NCBI GenBank assembly: GCA_963666285.1
Contig: OY762711.1
Reading direction: 5' to 3' (one strand)
Source: Sedimentisphaerales bacterium
GTDB lineage: Bacteria > Planctomycetota > Phycisphaerae > Sedimentisphaerales > SM23-30
Length of the DNA: 64,000 bases
Shown one piece after another: positions 57,996 through 64,000 of this stretch. The translations under genes were made by a program, and so were the position numbers. The notes under the pieces are model-generated. The model saw only the letters and a list, made by a program, of their open reading frames with translations. It was not told the origin of the DNA and did not search any database. Every line of letters begins with the position of its first letter. Position 1 is the first letter of the stretch.

Positions 57996-58175
57996 ATGCC
58001 AACACATTCAAGTTGTACTATAGGTACTATAAGAAAATCTATTTATTTTGTTAACTTGGTATTAGAAAGAGTTCAGGAACCATCAAAGCTTATAATATAT
58101 AGTGTAAGCAATAGAATGACAAGGAAATTAACATATCTTACCACCTTGTTTTCAGAAAGAGGTGATAGATGTTAA
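57996..58175 (+). CDS. Possible 59-aa hypothetical protein
   Basis: Below the ORF-track cutoff; GGAG RBS; its stop overlaps the start of the HTH gene. Confidence 0.3.
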   Translation: MPTHSSCTIGTIRKSIYFVNLVLERVQEPSKLIIYSVSNRMTRKLTYLTTLFSERGDRC

Positions 58176-58495
58176 GTATTTCTAAAAACAGCGTTAATAA
58201 GATGATCGTAAGGCATAAAGAGAACCTATTTGCCCTTTATGCAACTCTTGGAACAAATAATGATTATATCAGTGAACTTTGCGAAGCTGCTAAAATTACC
58301 AAAAGGCAATTAGCTGTTACCGTTGCAATAGCAAATAATGTTACAATGAAGGAATTGGCTGATATGATAAATGTCGATTATTCCACTATTCGACGCTGGC
58401 CTGAGATTCGTAGAATTTACCTTAAAGACGAAGGTAATCCAGATTCTAAGGATAACTACTATTCAAATAACAATGAATATGATTTTGAAGAATAA
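58169..58495 (+). CDS. HTH DNA-binding protein
   Basis: TMKELADMINVDYSTIRRW helix-turn-helix; GAGGTG RBS. Confidence 0.65.
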   Translation: MLSISKNSVNKMIVRHKENLFALYATLGTNNDYISELCEAAKITKRQLAVTVAIANNVTMKELADMINVDYSTIRRWPEIRRIYLKDEGNPDSKDNYYSNNNEYDFEE

Positions 58496-58511
58496 TTATT
58501 TAGGAAAAGTG

Positions 58512-58541
58512 TTGCAATGTTGATTCAGGCTACGATATAAT
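58512..58541 (+). promoter_or_regulatory. Putative sigma70 promoter for the 58.55-58.75 kb RNA
   Basis: TTGCAA-N18-TATAAT. Confidence 0.55.
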
Positions 58542-58547
58542 CGACCC

Positions 58548-58751
58548 TGACAATTTGAATGACCGTTACAGGACGTTTCGTTGGTAAATCGCTAAATTAT
58601 TCAATGAAGAAATGTCAGTTACGGCACTCTCACAACCTTGTTAATAAAGACAGAGGTTGCTGAGGGTGCTACGCTTAATGTTTCTTCATAGGCTTTAGCG
58701 AGCCTCCAACGAGCATGATGGCGTAGTGCCCTTGCAAACCTCTGTTTTTTT
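58548..58751 (+). ncRNA. Candidate structured RNA A (long rod plus an alternative 3' helix and U-tail)
   Basis: Nested stems 58578-84/58706-12, 58589-96/58694-701, 58604-14/58679-89 and 58623-38/58654-70; alternative helix 58650-74/58721-45 followed by T7. Confidence 0.6.
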
Positions 58752-59118
58752 CGCATATTAGATTTGTACTACTTAGAGTGAAACATGGCGGGGCAATTCA
58801 TCATATATATACGTAAAAGTTTTGGATTACAGTAATTATTAATTTAGTATAATATTTAGTTTTTTATTGAAATAAACAGATTGTTTTTGATATTATATGT
58901 TTTGGTTGGATTGCCTGATTTCCAGCACGGATTTTGTGCGCAAATGAAATTTCTAAAGAAATCAATCAAGGTAATTCAGAAGGTGAGAAGTAATTTGGTA
59001 AAAGGATATTTAATATTTTATTGGAGAAGTATATCATCAATTAATAAATGGTATTGGTTACAAATACCTTACTGCCATATAGCGACAATTAAATACAAGA
59101 TCACTGATCTTTTGACAC

Positions 59119-59250
59119 TTTCACTGAAACCGGCAAGTTTATTAAAGAGGTGTAAAAAAGTCAGTACCCGATATGGGTACTGCTTTGCGCAACCTCTTTG
59201 GGTTCCTTGCCGGATACCTCAGTGAAATGCGTGGGTAGTGCCCTTTTTTT
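59119..59250 (+). ncRNA. Candidate structured RNA B (same topology as A)
   Basis: 59119-37 pairs with 59206-27; 59144-50 with 59193-99; 59162-69 with 59175-82; alternative helix 59175-91/59228-43 followed by T7. Confidence 0.55.
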
Positions 59251-59342
59251 GTGGGCATAGAAATGGAAGAATTTTATATCAACTAGTCGGGATAATGTGT
59301 TCCGATATAATATTTCACTTCCTTAGAAAAGGAGATTCGCTT

Positions 59343-62045
59343 ATGAAAAAGTTATTTGCTTGTATTGTAATGTTACTTACATTTTGGTCTTCTACTATTT
59401 ACGCCGATGAGATAATTGAGCCGGAGATGGCTACTACTTCCGTATCTTATGCTTATGGTGAAAACGATGACAATGATCCAAACGAGTGCTGGAAAAAGGT
59501 GATTGACAGGCGTAGCGAAGACAGACTTCAACATCTGCATCTTTATGTTGATCTTTATATATGTACTATACCAGAATACGAAGTCTATAATATACTACAA
59601 GGTTCAGAACCAGAACCTATTTTAATGAATGTGGATGATATTCTGATTGTTTGGGATGAAGATCCAAGTCATGGTGAAGTACCGCCTGAAGGTGATTATG
59701 ATTTTACAGGAACAATTGTAGCTGATCCAAACTGTCCTTATGTTCGAGTTAGCACAAATGACGAAACCGACACCTTAAATTGGTCTATTCATAGAGTTAC
59801 TGAAGCTGGCACACTAACAATTAGCAGTACAGGCTATAATGAACATGATGTAATATTATTACCAAGTGGATTTGATGAAGTTCTTTTCTATAAAGAAGAT
59901 GATATTGATGATGGTGACTGTGCAACTGTAAACCAGACAGTAACATATAGTATCTGTTATGAAAATGTCAAGGATGTTACCTTCAATGACTGTTATATAG
60001 TGGACTGGCTCCCTGAAGGAATGACATATCCATACGGTGTTGATACAATTGACTCTAATCTAAACATAATACCGGCAGACCCTAATTATGACCCTGAAAA
60101 ACATAATTATACATGGTTTATTGGTGATATTTTGCCAAATAGCTCTGGCTGCGTTGAACTAGAAGTTGTTGTTAATGAAGGGGCTGATCCAGGGTATGAC
60201 CAGGTGAATATTGCAGAACTATATGTAGGAGACCCAACAGACCCTAATAGTGCTAATTACAGCATTATAGCGGTTGATATAGAGAAAACCCCTATTTGCT
60301 GCTGGGATACTTCAGACGTAATCTATGTGGATATAAACGCTACTGGATATAACACAGGTCTCTCATGGGAGAACGCTTATAATACTGAGTATGGACTGAA
60401 AAAAGCTTTAAAACGGGCTTGGGATTCGCCATGTGCCGGACCTTTTAAGATTTATGTTGCACAAGGCATTTACTACCCAGGAGTAAGTCTTGATGAAAGC
60501 TTTGAATTACCACCATACACAGAAGTTTATGGCGGTTTCCCAACTGGCGGCTGTGATTTCGCAGATAGAAATCCTAAAAAATATATTTCTGCCCTAAATG
60601 GTTTGAGGGACGATATTGGCTATGTTTATAAAACAGTTTACATGTATGAAAACACCTTACTTGATGGTGTAACTGTTGCAAATGGATATGACTATAATGT
60701 TTATGGTGATATGGGAGACTTTGCCGTAAACCAATGCATTATAACCAATGGTGTTCATCATGGTGTCCATGCAGAATATTGTAATGTTACCATTACATCT
60801 TGTATGATAAAAAACAACGGTACGGATGGAATTTACCATGAAGGTATTATGGAAAATCTAAATGTTTCCAATTCATGGATTATGAGAAATAATGAGTACG
60901 GTATTTATTGTTTATATACAACACCAACAGTTGTTAATTCAATTATAAGCGAGAGCGACCTAGCTGAAGAAGGTCGAGCTGGTATATCTATTACTAACCC
61001 GGCTTATAGCCCAGTTTTACATAACTTGACTCTCTCAAACAACAAATACCTTGCCGTAGAATTCACTGATAACGGCAATGCGAGTAGTGACCCAAATGAC
61101 ACAAGCCTGGATTACCCAGATATCGACAATTGCATCATCTACTTCAATAATAGTAATTCAAAACACCAAGTATCAGGTTTTGATCCAAACACTCATATTG
61201 CATATAGCTGTGTACAGGAATGTGCAGAAGTTAATAACAACATCAATGATAATCCAGAGTTTGCCTATAAAGCTGATATTCTAGGCGCACCAGACCCAAC
61301 AAACTACCATCTTGCATTCAATTCAGCCTGCATTGACACTGGAAATCCAAATTTGACTTATGATGGTCAGGTTGATTATGATAATGAAGATCGTGTGTAT
61401 GGCAATGCTATTGATAGAGGTGCAGACGAAGTTTATACCTGTGATGGTAATTATTCTGAGGATGATTTCTTCAATGATTTTGACCATGATTCTGATGGCA
61501 TAATCAATTTAAAAGAGTTCCAACCTCTTGCTGAAGGATGGCTGAGCTTAGACCCTAACGATCCGGGCTGGGGTTCTGACCCTAACTATGCAGACCCTAA
61601 TGATATGCTAAGTTGGAATAAATTAGGCAATTATGATGATACAGGTAGTAGCCAGTATATAATTGATATGGCAGACCTTGAATTATTCTGTCAAAACTGG
61701 CTATGGAAAGCTTGTTGGTATGATAGCTTAAATGATATCGAAACAACAGAAGCTTCTATACAAACCACAACTCTGGCGACCCAAAGTACGGGCATTGCAA
61801 GCCTGGCAAGAACCACGTCAAATTTAATGCTTGCTGAAGATACGGTCGAGGAAGAATATAGTTTATATGACACTCTATCGAATCCAGAACTGGCTCAGGT
61901 TGTTAAGGATTTCCGTTATTTACAGGATAATGTATTGGAAATGCTCCAAGAATGCCCGATTGATAGTGAAGATGAAGAGAATTTACTGGATTTACTGGAC
62001 TTTTTCGATGAAGAATTAGTCAAAATAAAGGAATCTCTACAATAA
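59343..62045 (+). CDS. Large secreted acidic protein: DUF11-like Ig domain, parallel beta-helix and dockerin-like region
   Basis: Start moved to ATG 59343 (AAAGGAGA RBS, signal peptide); TVTYSICYEN...IVDWLPEGM, IYVDINATG..G.SWENAY, YHLAFNSACIDTG...DRGADE, DHDSDGIINLKEF...WL. Confidence 0.8.
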   Translation: MKKLFACIVMLLTFWSSTIYADEIIEPEMATTSVSYAYGENDDNDPNECWKKVIDRRSEDRLQHLHLYVDLYICTIPEYEVYNILQGSEPEPILMNVDDILIVWDEDPSHGEVPPEGDYDFTGTIVADPNCPYVRVSTNDETDTLNWSIHRVTEAGTLTISSTGYNEHDVILLPSGFDEVLFYKEDDIDDGDCATVNQTVTYSICYENVKDVTFNDCYIVDWLPEGMTYPYGVDTIDSNLNIIPADPNYDPEKHNYTWFIGDILPNSSGCVELEVVVNEGADPGYDQVNIAELYVGDPTDPNSANYSIIAVDIEKTPICCWDTSDVIYVDINATGYNTGLSWENAYNTEYGLKKALKRAWDSPCAGPFKIYVAQGIYYPGVSLDESFELPPYTEVYGGFPTGGCDFADRNPKKYISALNGLRDDIGYVYKTVYMYENTLLDGVTVANGYDYNVYGDMGDFAVNQCIITNGVHHGVHAEYCNVTITSCMIKNNGTDGIYHEGIMENLNVSNSWIMRNNEYGIYCLYTTPTVVNSIISESDLAEEGRAGISITNPAYSPVLHNLTLSNNKYLAVEFTDNGNASSDPNDTSLDYPDIDNCIIYFNNSNSKHQVSGFDPNTHIAYSCVQECAEVNNNINDNPEFAYKADILGAPDPTNYHLAFNSACIDTGNPNLTYDGQVDYDNEDRVYGNAIDRGADEVYTCDGNYSEDDFFNDFDHDSDGIINLKEFQPLAEGWLSLDPNDPGWGSDPNYADPNDMLSWNKLGNYDDTGSSQYIIDMADLELFCQNWLWKACWYDSLNDIETTEASIQTTTLATQSTGIASLARTTSNLMLAEDTVEEEYSLYDTLSNPELAQVVKDFRYLQDNVLEMLQECPIDSEDEENLLDLLDFFDEELVKIKESLQ

Positions 62046-62050
62046 ATATT

Positions 62051-62097
62051 GAAATAACCTGTCGCTATTTGGTATAATAGCGACAGGTTATTTCTTT
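62051..62097 (+). terminator. Perfect 19-bp inverted repeat, probably a terminator
   Basis: GAAATAACCTGTCGCTATT / AATAGCGACAGGTTATTTC. Confidence 0.75.
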
Positions 62098-62123
62098 ATT
62101 ATAAGTGCTTACAGGAGAGAAAT

Positions 62124-62768
62124 ATGAAAATATTTATGATGTTATTGTTATTGGTTGGTGTATCTATTACTAATGCTGGGTATTTTGATGCTAATGGAGT
62201 TACTTATGATGGCGAATTATCCGATGGTGAATACGCTTTCGGTACAAGGGTTAATGAAGATAGTGTACTAACTGTTACAGGCGGCGGAGCCGATAGAATT
62301 AGGGTGCTTGACACGGCTCATTTAGAAGTTCTTTCGACAAAAACTCCTCTTTCTGGTTATCATGAAGGAGGAGGAGGGATATACATCATTGAAGTTAATA
62401 GTCTTAATTCAAGTTCTCTTACTGTTTCTGGAGGAATAATTAACTATATTGATGTTGGAAAAGAATCAACTGTTTTACTAAATGGTGGCCAAGTAAACCT
62501 GATAAGAAGTACACAATACGCTTACACTGGTAAAACTATTACTATTGATTGTATGAAAAATAGTTGGTCATGGATAGGCGAAGAAAATAATTATACAGGA
62601 ATTACAGGCAAATGGAAAAATGGTGATGAATTTACTATAAATTTTATAAATGATAATATAGGAAATTTCTTCCCTGATACTTGGACACACGTTGAAGTTA
62701 TACCAGAACCAGCTTCAATGCTTTTACTTGGGCTTGGCGGTATATTTATAAAGAAAAAACATCCATAA
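62124..62768 (+). CDS. PEP-CTERM sorting-domain protein
   Basis: Signal peptide; C-terminal VIPEPASMLLLGLGGIFIKKK. Confidence 0.9.
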   Translation: MKIFMMLLLLVGVSITNAGYFDANGVTYDGELSDGEYAFGTRVNEDSVLTVTGGGADRIRVLDTAHLEVLSTKTPLSGYHEGGGGIYIIEVNSLNSSSLTVSGGIINYIDVGKESTVLLNGGQVNLIRSTQYAYTGKTITIDCMKNSWSWIGEENNYTGITGKWKNGDEFTINFINDNIGNFFPDTWTHVEVIPEPASMLLLGLGGIFIKKKHP

Positions 62769-62795
62769 AAATCTTTATATTTACAGGAGAGAAAT

Positions 62796-63419
62796 ATGAA
62801 AATATTTATGATGTTATTACTATTGGTTGGTGTCTCTATTTCCAATGCTGGCTATTTTGATGCCAATGGTGTTACTTCTGACGGCGTATTATCTGACGAG
62901 GAATATGCTTATGCTGCTAGAGTTGACGAGGATAGTATATTGACTGTTATTGGGGGTGGAGCTGACGGAATTAGATTACTAGATAATTCACATTTGCATG
63001 TTTATTCTACTGCTGAATCTGTTGATGATGCGTTATACTGGATAGTTCCTTCAGATAGTAGCACTTTAACATTTTCTGGTGGAGTAGCTCATTATATATA
63101 TGTTCAAAAAGATGCTTCAGCTTTGTTAGACGGAGGGCAGGTCAACTACATTAGAAGTATCCAAAAACCTACACTTGGAATAACAATTACTATTGACTGC
63201 CAATATGATAGCTGGGATTGGATTTATGATGGAGAAGACATTGTTGGCATTACTGGCTTATGGCATAATGGTGATAATTTTTCAATTGGTTTTTTAAACG
63301 ATACTATACAATATAAGTACCCTGATACATGGACACATGTACAAGTAATTCCAGAACCAGCATCAATATTGCTGCTTAGTGTAGGAAGTATTTTTCTTAA
63401 AAGAAAGTATAAGATATAA
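62796..63419 (+). CDS. PEP-CTERM sorting-domain protein (paralogue of the preceding gene)
   Basis: Near-identical N-terminus; VIPEPASILLLSVGSIFLKRK. Confidence 0.9.
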   Translation: MKIFMMLLLLVGVSISNAGYFDANGVTSDGVLSDEEYAYAARVDEDSILTVIGGGADGIRLLDNSHLHVYSTAESVDDALYWIVPSDSSTLTFSGGVAHYIYVQKDASALLDGGQVNYIRSIQKPTLGITITIDCQYDSWDWIYDGEDIVGITGLWHNGDNFSIGFLNDTIQYKYPDTWTHVQVIPEPASILLLSVGSIFLKRKYKI

Positions 63420-63502
63420 TTTACATTGGAATAGTTTTATATTATAATTTTCCCTTCTAGCGAAAGATAGCTGGAATAAATAACAATAAGACACTCAATT
63501 TT

Positions 63503-63578
63503 GGCTAGTGTGGTTTTGCTTTTTCCCTTCTGAATCCCGACCATAACATCATAAGGGCAAGATCACGCTGGCTTTTTT
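63503..63578 (+). terminator. G-U-rich 20-bp hairpin with a T6 tail
   Basis: GGCTAGTGTGGTTTTGCTTT pairs with AGGGCAAGATCACGCTGGCT using only Watson-Crick and G-U pairs. Confidence 0.6.
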
Positions 63579-63800
63579 ATTTTAAACTGACCTAACTATA
63601 TTGTTTGAATTAAACCAGCTTTTTATTTTTCCTCCCCCCATCAGAAAATAGTAAAATGCGCACTCAATGCGCACTTTTGACTTTAAAATATTTTTTTTAT
63701 TCATTTGTCACACAAGAACTTACGTGTTTTTGTGTGGTTTTTTTATGCGCACTTTCTGCCTACTTACAGAAGCACTTTGTGTTTTTTACAAGTAAATAGA

Positions 63801-63902
63801 AGGTTGCGACCAAAAGAAAAATAACGTGGCATAAGCCCACTGAAATAAACCCATCTGCCGGACGGTTTTTCGCAACCTAACCTAATGGCAGGTGGGTTTT
63901 TT
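63801..63902 (+). promoter_or_regulatory. Candidate structured leader C (crossed stems plus U-tail)
   Basis: AGGTTGCGA (63801-09)/TCGCAACCT (63870-78) crosses AAACCCATCTGCC (63847-59)/GGCAGGTGGGTTT (63887-99). Confidence 0.55.
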
Positions 63903-63918
63903 ATTTTAAGGTTGTGAA

Positions 63919-64000
63919 ATGAAAAAAACAAATATCGATATCATCGAAACAATACTTGGTTCGGATCAAAGCGTATCTAGCCAACAACGAGAGCAGATAC
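63919..64000 (+). CDS. Partial hypothetical protein (MKKTNIDIIETILGSDQSVSSQQREQI...)
   Basis: ATG after AAGGTTG; open to the window edge. Confidence 0.45.
   Translation, partial: MKKTNIDIIETILGSDQSVSSQQREQI

Larger units (their letters stand above)
56154..64000. mobile_element. Putative integrative element at tRNA-Arg (right end outside the window)
   Basis: Tyrosine integrase starts about 115 nt after the tRNA; AT-rich cargo; no attR duplication seen in the window. Confidence 0.75.

Noticed and set aside
58881..59225. 114-aa ORF, and the 59238 start given for the large cargo gene
   Set aside because: The ORF has a TTG start, no RBS and runs through candidate RNA B. The cargo gene has a much better RBS and signal peptide at 59343.

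Overview
Bacterial chromosome segment, probably from a planctomycete (Phycisphaerae/Sedimentisphaerales-like). This is an inference from the large GLUG-repeat proteins with dockerin-like tails and the PEP-CTERM proteins. There are four zones. (1) 1-20.7 kb is AT-rich core DNA: TPR protein, VanZ, ParA, MEMO1, efp, citramalate synthase, aminotransferase, FHA-GAF protein, STAS/RsbW/STAS module, amidase, RluB-like synthase and phoH-HD-ybeY-corC-rfaD. (2) About 21-54 kb is accessory: xylan-type CAZymes (GH115, GH10, SGNH esterase, DUF5695), an AmpG-like MFS transporter and four modular GLUG surface proteins, with shuffled REP-like repeats in the intergenic spaces. (3) cysE-dapB-tRNA-Arg(ACG). (4) From 56.2 kb past the window end is a tRNA-integrated element with a tyrosine integrase, an HTH protein, a dockerin-like secreted protein and two PEP-CTERM paralogues. 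The most notable unexplained signals are non-coding: an Ile-rich leader-peptide attenuator upstream of cimA; three predicted RNAs with the same crossed, switch-like topology in the integrated element; a dispersed ~200-nt structured element in three copies; and a 159-bp direct repeat bracketing a 5-kb GLUG/YWTD gene, with a related repeat module at the point where a xylanase-esterase gene is truncated. All family calls come from motif recognition by eye; no searches or folding programs were run.
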